A DNA stretch of 64,000 nt, from the IMG/VR virus record IMGVR_UViG_3300009604_004140, positions 1,158 through 65,157 of that record. The stretch is one strand, 5' to 3'. The translations under genes were made by a program, and so were the position numbers. This DNA comes from a virus. Its lineage: Duplodnaviria > Caudoviricetes. Positions 19,400 through 29,437 of this stretch are shown here, one piece after another (the first letter of the stretch is position 1; the number at the start of each line of letters is the position of its first letter). Below the pieces are notes generated by a model. The model was given only the letters and a program-made list of their open reading frames with translations, searched no databases and was not told where the DNA came from.

Positions 19400-19890
19400 T
19401 ACCTTCTCCTAAATTTTCGCAACTCCGAAATAGCAACATTGTGGCAGTCAGCGCGCACAATAAAGCCATTAGAGGGATCGATCTGTCCTTTGGTAAGTTT
19501 TTTTGATTTCTGAAAATATTCTTCATGCGTTAGCCATCCTAAGAGCCAAGCCCTTCCCCACCTTCCGTTTTTAAATTCTACCCTAACAAATGCGTACCTG
19601 TCGCACTTTTGTTTGGTATTAAAGTTGGCAACAGAGCACTCATAGTTGGGCTTCGGGGCAGATGTACACCTTTTAGTTTTCACATCATACTTAATTCCGC
19701 TTTTGGAAGTTATGTCATAGTCATAGGTGTTATTTACTGTCCCGTCTATCAGGGAGTTTGCAATCTCTTCTCCTATAAAGCCTGCTATATTGCCCCCACC
19801 CTTCATAATAGAATTGTGTATGACGCCCATCTCGCGTGCCTTCCTCCACGCCCGATTTTTCATTTCTTTAGTTATTTCAATTTCTATCAT
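19399..19890 (-). CDS. Putative PD-(D/E)xK-fold nuclease
   Basis: IGEEI...YDYDI...YDVKTK. Confidence 0.5.
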   Translation of the reverse strand: MIEIEITKEMKNRAWRKAREMGVIHNSIMKGGGNIAGFIGEEIANSLIDGTVNNTYDYDITSKSGIKYDVKTKRCTSAPKPNYECSVANFNTKQKCDRYAFVRVEFKNGRWGRAWLLGWLTHEEYFQKSKKLTKGQIDPSNGFIVRADCHNVAISELRKFRRR

Positions 19891-20948
19891 GGCAGTTCTC
19901 CGGGGGCCTTGTATTCCCCTATAATGTGATCAGGCTCCATTAAATTTTCTGTTGCCCATTCAATTCCGTGCTTTTCAATGAGGTATTTAGTTTGCTCGCA
20001 TTTGGTCATATATTCTCCATACTTAGTGACCGCACCAAACCTTCTTTCAATAAGGGGCTTTACATAAGTGTCCTCAAACGTGCTCATTCCGGCAGGACAA
20101 AACTTTCTGCATTTCCAGCTTTTATTAAGCTGAGGAATTTCCGTAGCTTTAATTAATTCGTATTTCTTGCGTAGCATTTCTATTGTTTTGGGGATGTCGC
20201 TGTCTTGGAAGTGTACCGTGAAGGGCCCTCCATCATTTATGAAGTGGATGGTTACTAAGAAGGTTTTTACATCAGGAAACATGTGTTTCGCAGCCAAATG
20301 ATACATTCTAAGCTGTGCATCTTTTTGCAGTTTTGCTTGTGTCTTTTCTTCTCCTGTGGCCCAGTCCAGCCTACGTCCGCTCTTCCAGTCAATAATCTCA
20401 TAGACACCGTCTCCTATGTCGGTTATAAGATCAATGGTCCCCTTGAGGGAGAGGTTTCCTTTCAGTTCTGTTCCATCTGCAAGCTTATAGTCGTAGGCTG
20501 CCCATTCTTCCTCTATTTCAAAATCAAAGTGTGGCTCCGCAGCCACTACGTTTCTGTTTTTGGGATCAAACATGCCGTCATCATCATCAAAAACTTTCCA
20601 CACCCACTTATGGATGTCTTTTTTGTCTCGCGGGAACCACTTATGGTGAGGTGTCCCTTCTGTATAATATTTGTATACGCGGTCAATGATTTCATCTAAA
20701 TATTCTGGATCGTAATTGCCTGTTTCTACAGATCCAATATCTTTATCTTCTATGACATCAAGGCCCCCTTGCAATGCTTTCTTAGCCAAAGCAGAAATCT
20801 CCAGCACCTTGTGGCACATGGTTCCTTTGTCGGCTTTCTTTCCAGACTTTCCCCGCCATCCCAACGTATACTCTGCATAGTATTTCATCGGGCACATTCT
20901 ATGGCAATTGAATGAGCTACTGCGGAAGTAAACAATGGGAATCCCCAT
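19887..20948 (-). CDS. Cas4/RecB-like PD-(D/E)xK exonuclease
   Basis: SSS...CP, GT.CHKVLE, GTIDL, IIDWKSG, QLRMY, and C-terminal CRKFCP...C. Confidence 0.8.
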   Translation of the reverse strand: MGIPIVYFRSSSFNCHRMCPMKYYAEYTLGWRGKSGKKADKGTMCHKVLEISALAKKALQGGLDVIEDKDIGSVETGNYDPEYLDEIIDRVYKYYTEGTPHHKWFPRDKKDIHKWVWKVFDDDDGMFDPKNRNVVAAEPHFDFEIEEEWAAYDYKLADGTELKGNLSLKGTIDLITDIGDGVYEIIDWKSGRRLDWATGEEKTQAKLQKDAQLRMYHLAAKHMFPDVKTFLVTIHFINDGGPFTVHFQDSDIPKTIEMLRKKYELIKATEIPQLNKSWKCRKFCPAGMSTFEDTYVKPLIERRFGAVTKYGEYMTKCEQTKYLIEKHGIEWATENLMEPDHIIGEYKAPGELP

Positions 20949-20949
20949 A

Positions 20950-21804
20950 TTATTCCTTTGCTGTAATTATATCTTCTTGATATGCAAGGCGAGGCATTAC
21001 ATCGTCAAGATGCTCCAAAGCGTAATAAATTTTTTCATTTTGCTCTGGAATAGTTAAAGAAGAGTTATCAACTATAATGTCACATGCCTCAAGGCACTTC
21101 TCTATCTCAGATTCGCTAGAGTGCCTGTCTGTTTGCTCATATGGGTCTCTTGTAAGGCCTACGACAAAGCCTTTATTCTTTTGGATAGCCTCAATCTCAT
21201 TTTCAAATCTAACATCTGAAATAAGAGCAAGCTCTGGTGAACTCGATTCAATCTTATTCAAGAGACTGTTTAACCATACATCCGAATTCATACTTCTAAA
21301 TACGTCTGTTCCGACGTATTGTAAGACCTCGCGGGCTGTCATAGCGCCCCTTGCGTGAACAATCATTCCAAGCTTTTCCGCATCTTTTCTTGAAACCCCT
21401 CTCTTTTTAAGTTCTGAGGGGGATATAACTGCGGGCATATTTTCCCATTTTAGTTTGGTCTTGCTATTTTTGTCGCTATCCGTTCCAAAAACCTGTTGAT
21501 AATCAAGGCCCAAAATAGAGACAGACATTTCCTTGAGAGAGTCTGCTAGACCATACATTTTTACGAAAGCACTAAGCTCGTTATTGAAAAGAGCTTCGGT
21601 GTCAATATAAGGGTCTCTAAATGGAATCCATTCCATTTTGGGGTGAGTCTCTCCCAAAATGTCAGAAACTTCAATCTCTCCACTCTTAGATAGGCGAGCA
21701 GCCTTGCAAGTAGCAAGCTCTGCCAGCTTCATTGCTAAAATAAAGTTGCAAGCGGTGTTTTTTCCGCTTTGTTTCTTTCCTGCAAAAGCAATTATTTGAG
21801 TCAT
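20950..21804 (-). CDS. Deoxynucleoside monophosphate kinase
   Basis: AGKKQSGKNT P-loop, REVLQYVGTDVFR, ISDVRFENE, HSSE. Confidence 0.85.
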   Translation of the reverse strand: MTQIIAFAGKKQSGKNTACNFILAMKLAELATCKAARLSKSGEIEVSDILGETHPKMEWIPFRDPYIDTEALFNNELSAFVKMYGLADSLKEMSVSILGLDYQQVFGTDSDKNSKTKLKWENMPAVISPSELKKRGVSRKDAEKLGMIVHARGAMTAREVLQYVGTDVFRSMNSDVWLNSLLNKIESSSPELALISDVRFENEIEAIQKNKGFVVGLTRDPYEQTDRHSSESEIEKCLEACDIIVDNSSLTIPEQNEKIYYALEHLDDVMPRLAYQEDIITAKE

Positions 21805-21817
21805 GACTACCCTTAAG

Positions 21818-22042
21818 TTAATCGTCGTGATGTAAAGCGGCGCAATCTCTGGCAGCGATGGCGTTTGGATTGCTGTGATATAGATTGTATAGCATTTGAA
21901 GGCTTTCTTTCAGTGAGCTGTTGATGGTTTCTGCACCAACCTCAGACACAAGTCGCTTTGTTAATTCTCTGGCCGCACGGAGACCGAGGTAATCGTTAAC
22001 AATATTATATATTTTTCTAGCTTCCTCTTGGTTCGTCGGCAT
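21818..22042 (-). CDS. Hypothetical protein
   Basis: 74-aa ORF in operon. Confidence 0.5.
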   Translation of the reverse strand: MPTNQEEARKIYNIVNDYLGLRAARELTKRLVSEVGAETINSSLKESLQMLYNLYHSNPNAIAARDCAALHHDD

Positions 22043-22289
22043 CCTTTTCCCCTTCTTTAGATTTTGAATTGAAGGGATCGAAGTGTCTGGTTATGCATTC
22101 AAGTCGATCCTCTGCATCTACTAACAAGTCCAGCGACTCATCTAAGTTGTTATGAAAATCTCCAGTTGAGTGGTCTCCAATTCCTGCGGCATTGTTCATT
22201 AGCAGTTCCAAGGACAGCTTCGCTTTCTCTTGATCGGAAACGGCCTTATGGAACAGATAACTTACCGCATACTCTTTTACATTACTCAT
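22017..22289 (-). CDS. Hypothetical small phage protein
   Basis: Likely start MSNVKE at 22289; NAAGIGDHS motif. Confidence 0.55.
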   Translation of the reverse strand: MSNVKEYAVSYLFHKAVSDQEKAKLSLELLMNNAAGIGDHSTGDFHNNLDESLDLLVDAEDRLECITRHFDPFNSKSKEGEKDADEPRGS

Positions 22290-22290
22290 C

Positions 22291-23442
22291 TCAAAGCCCT
22301 TTATATAATTGTTTGGCCTTGTCAATCCAAGGTTTAATGTCTTCTGTTATTTTATCCACATTTAGTTCAGCAATATCATTAGTATTAAAGTTTGGAAAAT
22401 ATAGTCTGTAGAGCATTGCACACTGCTGTTCGATTTTTTGAGCCGCCTTCTTTCCTGCTTCATCATTATCCATCAGGCAAATCAGGGAGAGAGCCCCCGA
22501 CTCGTCAAGTAAATGCTTTTGATCATTGTTAAATGCCGTTCCAAAAATTGCCACAACATTATGAATGCCAGCCTCGGCCAGACGCCAAACATTTCCGGGG
22601 GATTCTACAAGGATGGCAGTCCCACTGTCCAATATCTGGTCCTTGGCTCGCCAATAATTATACAACCACTTTTCCTTTTGGAAACCCTTGCTGTGCAACC
22701 ATTTGGGAAAATGTCTACATTTACTATCGGGACTATGGTAATTATTGCACTGCGAACATTTTTCAAATATACTTCTTCCTGTGCATCCTACAATATATTT
22801 ATGATCATTGTCGTAGATGGGCACAACAGCCCTGCGATACATGGGTTTTCTAGGATTGTCGCAATATCCAACGTCATATTCCTCAAGAACTTCTTTGGAA
22901 AACCCTCTTTCTATATAATATTGAGAGGGAACTTGAACCTTTTGCCTGTAGGTTTCCTGTGTAACACCAATCCCGCGCCCTTCCTTAACGGAAAGACTAT
23001 TAATGAGACCACCAAACTTCATCTTCTCGATGTTTATGTTTTCGCTGCTAAGAGAATTGAAGTCTTGATCTAAAAGTTTTAACAGAAATTCTACTGCCTC
23101 ACCAAAGGTGGCCTCTTTGTCTCCTTCGTGTTCCCAATTATACCTAAAGCGAGAGAGGGCCCCTTTAATAAAGTGTATAAAGCTATTCCCAAATGTTTCT
23201 TCGCATTGGTGAGTTCTGCACTTATAGTGAACCTTATAGTCCCCATTATAGTACATGTTGAGGGCCGTTGGATTGTCTCCCCCATGGATGGGACACACTG
23301 ACTTTATTAAGATTTCATTCTTATAAGACTTTCGTATCCCAAAATATTCATATATTTGATCTATGTATTGCACCGCCATCTGGGAAAGTGCTTTCAGCTT
23401 GCCATAGTCGCCGTATTTATACGAAGGGGATGTCGTCATCAT
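22291..23442 (-). CDS. dnaG: DnaG-type DNA primase
   Basis: CPIH...CRTHQC Zn domain; VVPIYD...GCTGR; LVES, AIFG and LMDNDEAG TOPRIM motifs. Start approximate. Confidence 0.85.
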   Translation of the reverse strand: MMTTSPSYKYGDYGKLKALSQMAVQYIDQIYEYFGIRKSYKNEILIKSVCPIHGGDNPTALNMYYNGDYKVHYKCRTHQCEETFGNSFIHFIKGALSRFRYNWEHEGDKEATFGEAVEFLLKLLDQDFNSLSSENINIEKMKFGGLINSLSVKEGRGIGVTQETYRQKVQVPSQYYIERGFSKEVLEEYDVGYCDNPRKPMYRRAVVPIYDNDHKYIVGCTGRSIFEKCSQCNNYHSPDSKCRHFPKWLHSKGFQKEKWLYNYWRAKDQILDSGTAILVESPGNVWRLAEAGIHNVVAIFGTAFNNDQKHLLDESGALSLICLMDNDEAGKKAAQKIEQQCAMLYRLYFPNFNTNDIAELNVDKITEDIKPWIDKAKQLYKGL

Positions 23443-24874
23443 CTGAGTAGGATTCATCGTTGTCGTTTGTGTTAATTCCATCTTCTAATTCAAAAGCTGT
23501 ATGTCCTTCTATTATTTTACCGCAAGCTCCATTCATACTAATGTTAATGTAGTCCCTGTCTTCAAGCCCCTCTCCATGCCTAGCGATAACAGGAACGAGC
23601 TTTCTGTTTCCGTGTTCTGGGCCGTCCTTGGCTATTTCCTCATCGGATTTTGTCTTATAGATACTAAAGTTGGAACATAACCAAATAATTCGATCTGATC
23701 CAGATGCTGTATCTGTTGTCTCTTTATTTATTCCGTCTCGATTAAGCTGAACAAAAGAAAGAATAGGAACTTCATATCTTAATGCAAAGTTGTGGAGGGC
23801 GGTCATCATAAACCCAAGAACCTGAAATTCCTTCATGTCTCCTTTTATTTGAGAAGAGTCCATGAGTTTTAGATAATCATAAATGATAACACAGTCTTTT
23901 GCTTTGCCCTTATCGTTTAGCCCAACGATTTTTGCGAGCCATCTGCGCATGATTGAGACTTGGTCTTCAAAAGGAGTGCCTCCAATTGATTTGAAATAAT
24001 AGGGAAGGCCTTTGATTTCTTCTGCTGCATCAAATACTTTTTTCTTTGAGGCTGCATTTTCTGCAAACTTTCCCGTTTCAATATCATTAATTTCCACCCC
24101 GGTAAGCATTGCCATAAGGCGATTTTGGTGGTCTTCCTTTCTCATTTCGGTATCTAGGTTCAATACGGGAATGCCTGATCTGGCCATATGAACCCCCATA
24201 TTGTCTGCAAGCAGTGTTTTTCCTACCTTCGGGCGAGCCCCAATTACGTTAACGGTTCCTCTCCTCAAGCCCCCTCCTATTGCAAAATCATAACGGGGAT
24301 ATCCTGTGGAAATTCCTATTTGATCAACAGGATCTTCTGAAAGCTCGGTTAAGTATTCTTCTATATCATTAAATATTTTTATGGGAGCGTCGTCGCTGTC
24401 CGACAAAAGAGATGTGAACTCGAAGATGGACTCTTCTGCAATTCCTAGAATGGTTGAAATTGGCTCATCCCCTTTGATGTCTATATACCTTTCCTTCGTC
24501 AGTTCTAGCTGATCGTACATCATTCTTGCTATTTGTAGCTTTCTAATTTTGCCCGCAAATTGTCGGACATTTTTCAGCAGAACTGGAAATTTCATTATGG
24601 AGGCTAAATGGGAGACTTCTTGATTATTGAAAAAGCCCGTTAGCCCTATCTCTTTGGCGGCAGAAAGAATAGAAGGCACATCTATTTCGGCCGAATCATT
24701 TTTTTCTATAATATGATTCAGGCATGAGTAAATAGCGATATTAGATTCTATGGTAAAGCTATTGTCATCAATAATATCAGCAACATCGAAGAGCGCGCTC
24801 GATCCGTAGCGACATATTCCAGACAATATAGCTCGTTCGGCAGGAAGGTCTTGTAAAATCATATCTTTAATCAC
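23417..24874 (-). CDS. dnaB: DnaB-like replicative helicase
   Basis: AERAILSG, GARPKVGKT, LDTEM, IYDYLKL, QLNR. Confidence 0.9.
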   Translation of the reverse strand: MIKDMILQDLPAERAILSGICRYGSSALFDVADIIDDNSFTIESNIAIYSCLNHIIEKNDSAEIDVPSILSAAKEIGLTGFFNNQEVSHLASIMKFPVLLKNVRQFAGKIRKLQIARMMYDQLELTKERYIDIKGDEPISTILGIAEESIFEFTSLLSDSDDAPIKIFNDIEEYLTELSEDPVDQIGISTGYPRYDFAIGGGLRRGTVNVIGARPKVGKTLLADNMGVHMARSGIPVLNLDTEMRKEDHQNRLMAMLTGVEINDIETGKFAENAASKKKVFDAAEEIKGLPYYFKSIGGTPFEDQVSIMRRWLAKIVGLNDKGKAKDCVIIYDYLKLMDSSQIKGDMKEFQVLGFMMTALHNFALRYEVPILSFVQLNRDGINKETTDTASGSDRIIWLCSNFSIYKTKSDEEIAKDGPEHGNRKLVPVIARHGEGLEDRDYINISMNGACGKIIEGHTAFELEDGINTNDNDESYSDDDDIPFV

Positions 24875-25370
24875 ACGCTTGGGAGGAACAGTTGTTGCAT
24901 TTCCATCTATTTATATCATGTATGACTGACGCAGAAATCATTTCTTGGGTGCCGCATGATCGACATTCCACTTCTACAAGGTTGGAACTTCGTGTTCTGG
25001 GAGTGAGTGGCACGTCTTTATTCTCGTTGTCAGACCTTGAAGCCTCTTCTAGCTCACTTTTTTCGGTTGCGGTGAGCATCGTATCCTTCATGAAGTCATC
25101 AAACCTGTTGGGTCTTTGTGCCGCAGTATCAATGCTGCCAGTCCTGCAAGGGTTTCCCTTGTTTTTGCCGTATACCTTGGTAGATCGCCCTCCCGAATTC
25201 TGTTGGGTCTGTTTCCCCTTTCTTCGGGTTCCCTTTCCGCGCCGTCTTTTTTTCTTATTGCTATCAATCTTATGAAAGGAGGGGGCTTCTTCGGAATCTC
25301 CCATGATTTCCATAAGCTCATCTTTGGTGAACTCTTTCAGTAGCTTTTTCAATTCTTCTTTTTTATTCAT
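24867..25370 (-). CDS. Hypothetical basic protein with C-terminal Zn ribbon
   Basis: K/R-rich region; CRSC...CNNC. Confidence 0.55.
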   Translation of the reverse strand: MNKKEELKKLLKEFTKDELMEIMGDSEEAPSFHKIDSNKKKRRRGKGTRRKGKQTQQNSGGRSTKVYGKNKGNPCRTGSIDTAAQRPNRFDDFMKDTMLTATEKSELEEASRSDNENKDVPLTPRTRSSNLVEVECRSCGTQEMISASVIHDINRWKCNNCSSQACD

Positions 25371-25854
25371 GTCGCCTACCGGCCTTGGCCTTTTGTAGAT
25401 TTATAAAAAGGTCTGCCAGATTTTTAATCGAGCTTGCTATATAGGTAAGCCTATCGGCTCTTTGCTGGGCATACTTTTTGATGGATAAAAGCTTTCGGGT
25501 GTAATCGTTGTCTTTAATGGCTTGATAGTATTGGCTATCCCACGAACCGGAGTATTGATTCTCTCTTCCGGAGGTTGTAGATTTTATTGAAGTTTCTGCC
25601 CACCGAACGCGAGCAAGTTCGCGGTTGTGAGATCGTTGAATATGAAAAGAGAGACTGCCCAAGAGAAGGGATGCCTCGGCGCACTCTTCAAGAGTTAGCT
25701 TTTCTATGGACGTTCGATCCATTTGCATGTATTTATGAACAGACGGATCATGAAAGTCGGCAGAATAAAGGGGAAGCCCAACGCTGGATTCGTATTCGTC
25801 TAAGATGGAGTCCAGTTTGACTAATTGTTCCGTTGCAGCACTCGGCTTTTCCAC
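25363..25854 (-). CDS. Hypothetical helical protein (possible recombination mediator)
   Basis: 163-aa helical ORF two genes downstream of recA; function is inference only. Confidence 0.45.
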   Translation of the reverse strand: MEKPSAATEQLVKLDSILDEYESSVGLPLYSADFHDPSVHKYMQMDRTSIEKLTLEECAEASLLLGSLSFHIQRSHNRELARVRWAETSIKSTTSGRENQYSGSWDSQYYQAIKDNDYTRKLLSIKKYAQQRADRLTYIASSIKNLADLFINLQKAKAGRRHE

Positions 25855-26237
25855 TCTTCTACCTTTTCATCAAAAGGAAGCTCCACACATGTAATATTAT
25901 TATACTCGCACCATTCCCTTTTGCGAGCATCTCTTTTTTTTTGATGAGCAAAGTCCTGTGCGGATGTGTGAAATAAGGGATTAAATTTATAGTGTTGCTC
26001 TCCGTGAACTTCTACTACTAATTTGAGGGTGTTAATATAAAAATCAAAAAAGAGTTTCTCGTTTCTTGTAATTGGTACGGTCACCTCTTCTAAAATCTGA
26101 ACTGTGGGAAAAAGCCCAATGAGTAGGTCTTTTGCTGCCAGATGTAGCTTGGAGCGGGGCCTTCTATCGTTTGCTTTTGTCACATACCCCTGTAGCTTCC
26201 AGTTATGGATTTCATTGTTCAAGTCTCTGATCTTCAC
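25821..26237 (-). CDS. DUF559/Vsr-like endonuclease
   Basis: FFDFYI...VVEVHGEQHY...RDARKREWC. Confidence 0.7.
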   Translation of the reverse strand: MKIRDLNNEIHNWKLQGYVTKANDRRPRSKLHLAAKDLLIGLFPTVQILEEVTVPITRNEKLFFDFYINTLKLVVEVHGEQHYKFNPLFHTSAQDFAHQKKRDARKREWCEYNNITCVELPFDEKVEEWKSRVLQRNN

Positions 26238-27211
26238 TTTTCAATTCCAACCATTGTAAATATTTCTTGCTCAAAGTTTTTGTATTCTTCTGGGTTCTCT
26301 TCTAGATAAATGGCAAGGTTTGCTTTACCTTGAATTTTTTCATCGTTAGGAAGCTTAAGCCATGATCCTGATTTGACAACAAGGCCGAAGTCAACCATCA
26401 GGTCAGCTAATTCCATTTCTTTCCAAATTCCTCGCCCATATTTAATATGGCTTGCAACCTTCTGCCCCGGAGGGCCGATGGCCGAGGTTATCACCTGCCA
26501 GTTTACTGTTTGTCCTATCTGCGTCTCTCCTTGCATAATAGGCTGTGCGTGTGTCGCATGCAATTTAACGTCCACTTGGTACTTTAAGGCACTTCCTGAC
26601 TTTTCAATTTTAGACTTGCCCCTCCCAAACTTTTGAATATTTGCCATTAGATGAGTAACCCCTACTACTGTTACCCTATTGATGGGTAGCGCATTGGATA
26701 TACGCCTACAGAACTTTGCGAGTATTTTTTGTACACTCATAACCTGAACGTCTTCGAGGTTCCCGGTTAATTCTGATTCGCTTGACAGGGCAGAAAAGGA
26801 ATCAACAACGGCTATGGAACCCGGCTTTGTATGCACTATATTATCTATAATGCTCAGATATTTTTCTGCCGAAAGGATATTTCCTTCTGTTGAGGAAATA
26901 ATTTGCATTTTTTCTGCGTCAAGGTCAAGTCCGGAAATTCCTTCCAGATCACGCTTTCGCAACCTTCCTTCTATATTGGCATAATAGACAACTCTTTCAT
27001 GCTTCTGAGCATTAGCACAAAATGCCAACGCAGTTACCGTCTTTCCCACCTTTTCCGGGCCCGTCATGATAAACAAAGAGCCCTCAGGAACACCCCCACC
27101 CAGCGCAATGTCGATCTTTGGGCTTACTGAAATAACTTTGAGGGGTCGGTCTGTTATTATTGAAGGATCATGAAGAACATTTCCATACTCTTTAATAATG
27201 TCCTTATTCAT
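26234..27211 (-). CDS. recA: RecA/UvsX-like recombinase
   Basis: IDIALGGGVPEG, GPEKVGKT, ANIEG, VVDS, SGSALKY, KSGSW. Confidence 0.85.
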   Translation of the reverse strand: MNKDIIKEYGNVLHDPSIITDRPLKVISVSPKIDIALGGGVPEGSLFIMTGPEKVGKTVTALAFCANAQKHERVVYYANIEGRLRKRDLEGISGLDLDAEKMQIISSTEGNILSAEKYLSIIDNIVHTKPGSIAVVDSFSALSSESELTGNLEDVQVMSVQKILAKFCRRISNALPINRVTVVGVTHLMANIQKFGRGKSKIEKSGSALKYQVDVKLHATHAQPIMQGETQIGQTVNWQVITSAIGPPGQKVASHIKYGRGIWKEMELADLMVDFGLVVKSGSWLKLPNDEKIQGKANLAIYLEENPEEYKNFEQEIFTMVGIEK

Positions 27212-27638
27212 CTAGCTCTCTTAGCCTTGACAGGATAGACTTCTGGTTATTGGCGCTTCTGTGCTTGATATCCTCTTTGTCAGGCACATCATAGCTTGTC
27301 TCGGACTCTCGACTTACTATCTCACCGCTCTTCTCTTTAATTATACCATGCAACATGGGAGCGCGAAGGGAATATGTTTTCCAGCATCTCTTGTCTTTTA
27401 GTGCAGCTATGATGGAATCCGCTGAAAATTCCTTAAGGAGTTTGTTGGCAAGCGTAATTTGATATCTATAATAATTACGCCATTCTTTAATCTCCCAAAA
27501 CTTTATCGGAAGTTCCTTTTGTTCCTTCTGAGCCTTCTTTTCACAAATGAGTTCTGTGATGTATTGGGGCGCAGACACCCATCCCCCCGGCGAGTAACGA
27601 GAGGGGTACTGACTTTTGTCTGTTCTTTTCTTAGTCAT
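27204..27638 (-). CDS. Hypothetical protein
   Basis: Likely start MTKKRT at 27638. Confidence 0.55.
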   Translation of the reverse strand: MTKKRTDKSQYPSRYSPGGWVSAPQYITELICEKKAQKEQKELPIKFWEIKEWRNYYRYQITLANKLLKEFSADSIIAALKDKRCWKTYSLRAPMLHGIIKEKSGEIVSRESETSYDVPDKEDIKHRSANNQKSILSRLRELDE

Positions 27639-27936
27639 GGATAGAGTGAATGGTATTGGCATTGTTGCGTGGGGGTGGCGGAGTTTCTCTTGCTTCGTCC
27701 ACCCTTTGAGATCCTGCCGGTGTCATAATCGCCACCCCCCTTTTGCCCCCTTCGGTCTCGTTTATAATTAAGGAGGCGTCTTCGCGGTCCAATTTTTCCG
27801 TATGTTTTTCCACTTCCGCAAGGTCTCTTCCGAGCGTCTTGGAAATCTCTTCAGCACTCATGTTGTTCCAATGCATCCCTTGGATGCAATACTTTTCTGC
27901 GTCAGTCATCGCTTTTGCCTTAGATAGTTTACCCAT
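27631..27936 (-). CDS. Hypothetical HTH-like protein
   Basis: MSAEEISKTLGRDLAEV. Confidence 0.5.
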   Translation of the reverse strand: MGKLSKAKAMTDAEKYCIQGMHWNNMSAEEISKTLGRDLAEVEKHTEKLDREDASLIINETEGGKRGVAIMTPAGSQRVDEARETPPPPRNNANTIHSIHD

Positions 27937-27940
27937 CGTA

Positions 27941-28333
27941 CTATGTCCTTTCTGCGTTACTTAACCAAGCACTGTTTTTGGTTTTTAGGAATTGAATATA
28001 AAAATTAAAAGTTTTTTCTGTTGCTTCCCTGAACTCCCACTCTGGTTTCCCGGCATGCCTTAGCTGTTTATTCGCGGTTCCTTCGCTATATAGGCCTATG
28101 GGGTTGTAAATCCTACCATGCCTCCCTCGCTTTACAAAAAATTTGGTTTTCTCATTACCGGTTATCGACTTAGCATACGTGTCTGTACCTTCGGCATCCA
28201 GTCGAGGAAAACCCCCCTCATCTAACCAGTCGTGCTTTCCAAAGACTGTGTAGAAAAAGGTCTGCTGCCCTTGCAGCTCTTCTTCCGCTGGCTTCTGAAC
28301 GTCTCTTTCTTTATGTATTCTAAACATGTTCAT
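27941..28333 (-). CDS. Hypothetical protein
   Basis: 130-aa ORF in operon. Confidence 0.55.
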   Translation of the reverse strand: MNMFRIHKERDVQKPAEEELQGQQTFFYTVFGKHDWLDEGGFPRLDAEGTDTYAKSITGNEKTKFFVKRGRHGRIYNPIGLYSEGTANKQLRHAGKPEWEFREATEKTFNFYIQFLKTKNSAWLSNAERT

Positions 28334-28710
28334 CGATTCTTTTTTCTCCTTTTTTTCTTTGCCGGTGTTCCGGGCCAGAGGGGGGCATCAGTAGGCTTTT
28401 CCATTCTGCTCATGCCATCGGGAAGCTCCCGGTTACTCTCTATTTTCTTTGTCTTAAAATCACGAACCATGTCCTCGCATTTCCATTTCCCGTATTTTTT
28501 TGTTTGTTTGTCTGCATAGTGACCCAATGTCTTAATTTCTGAGAGAGAAAGGGTCACAGACGTATGCACTTGATCTTCTGTAAAGTCTCTGAAAACTGTT
28601 TTTCTTTTTCGACAAGAAGGACAGCTTTGTTTCTCTGTATATTTGCTCCTGCTGCATACAATTGACCATTTGTGTGCGCAGCCTTCGCACCTATAGGAAT
28701 ATTCCGGCAT
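28330..28710 (-). CDS. FmdB-family zinc-ribbon protein
   Basis: MPEYSYRCEGC...CPSC. Confidence 0.75.
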   Translation of the reverse strand: MPEYSYRCEGCAHKWSIVCSRSKYTEKQSCPSCRKRKTVFRDFTEDQVHTSVTLSLSEIKTLGHYADKQTKKYGKWKCEDMVRDFKTKKIESNRELPDGMSRMEKPTDAPLWPGTPAKKKRRKKNR

Positions 28711-28736
28711 TGTTGTTATCCATAAAGCGTAGCCTG

Positions 28737-29432
28737 TTACATTATTTTACCATCGGAATCGATATCTTCGTTCAATTTTTCCAAAATTCTTGCAACAACA
28801 TCGCTTCTTACGATGTCACAATATGTTAGTTCGCACACAGATACCCCTTCTGTTTCCCTCAGTTTATTCATGCAAGTCAATAGCCCCCCCTTATCGTGAC
28901 CCAGATCTGACTGTCTAAGATCTCCATTGATAACCGCTTTTGATCCTCTTCCCAATCGAGTGATGAACATTTTTATTTGTTCAAAGGTTGCGTTTTGCGC
29001 CTCATCCAAAATAATGAAACACCCATGAAAATTTCTTCCCCTCATATATTCAAGGGGGCAAATTTCGATTATTCCCTCCTTCCTGTAATGCTCTACGTTC
29101 GGGGCGCTTAAATAGATGTTCATTTCTTCTATTATTGGGATCAGATAAGGATTGATCTTTTCAACTAATGTTCCGGGCAGGTATCCAAGCCCCCTGCCCG
29201 ATTCAACAACGGGCCTTGTTATAATAATCTTTTTAATTTTTTCTTGCAAAAGATATTCGCAAGCTAACCCAACAGAAACACTTGTTTTTCCCGACCCTGC
29301 TGGTCCTGAGCAAAAGGTTACATCGGAGGCATCGATGGCAGAGATATAGCTAGCCTGATTTTCTGTCTTTGCCTTAAGCTTTTTCCTTCTCGGAACCGAT
29401 TGGTATCCGCTAGTTCTTTTTTTTTGTGCCAT
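28737..29432 (-). CDS. phoH: PhoH-family ATPase
   Basis: GPAGSGKT, ITRPVVE, LGYLPG, YMRGR, LDEAQN, TRLG, GDLRQSD. Confidence 0.92.
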   Translation of the reverse strand: MAQKKRTSGYQSVPRRKKLKAKTENQASYISAIDASDVTFCSGPAGSGKTSVSVGLACEYLLQEKIKKIIITRPVVESGRGLGYLPGTLVEKINPYLIPIIEEMNIYLSAPNVEHYRKEGIIEICPLEYMRGRNFHGCFIILDEAQNATFEQIKMFITRLGRGSKAVINGDLRQSDLGHDKGGLLTCMNKLRETEGVSVCELTYCDIVRSDVVARILEKLNEDIDSDGKIM

Positions 29433-29437
29433 TTATT

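Noticed and set aside
6308-19890. Genome-wide TGA reassignment as an explanation for the in-frame TGA at 31187-31189
   Set aside because: TGA ends many genes in ATGA overlaps (e.g. 6308, 8353, 10272, 16493, 17161, 19887), and long conserved genes have no internal stops under code 11.
19887-20948. CRISPR-Cas locus suggested by the Cas4-like nuclease
   Set aside because: No repeat-spacer array or other cas genes are seen; the context is replication/recombination.
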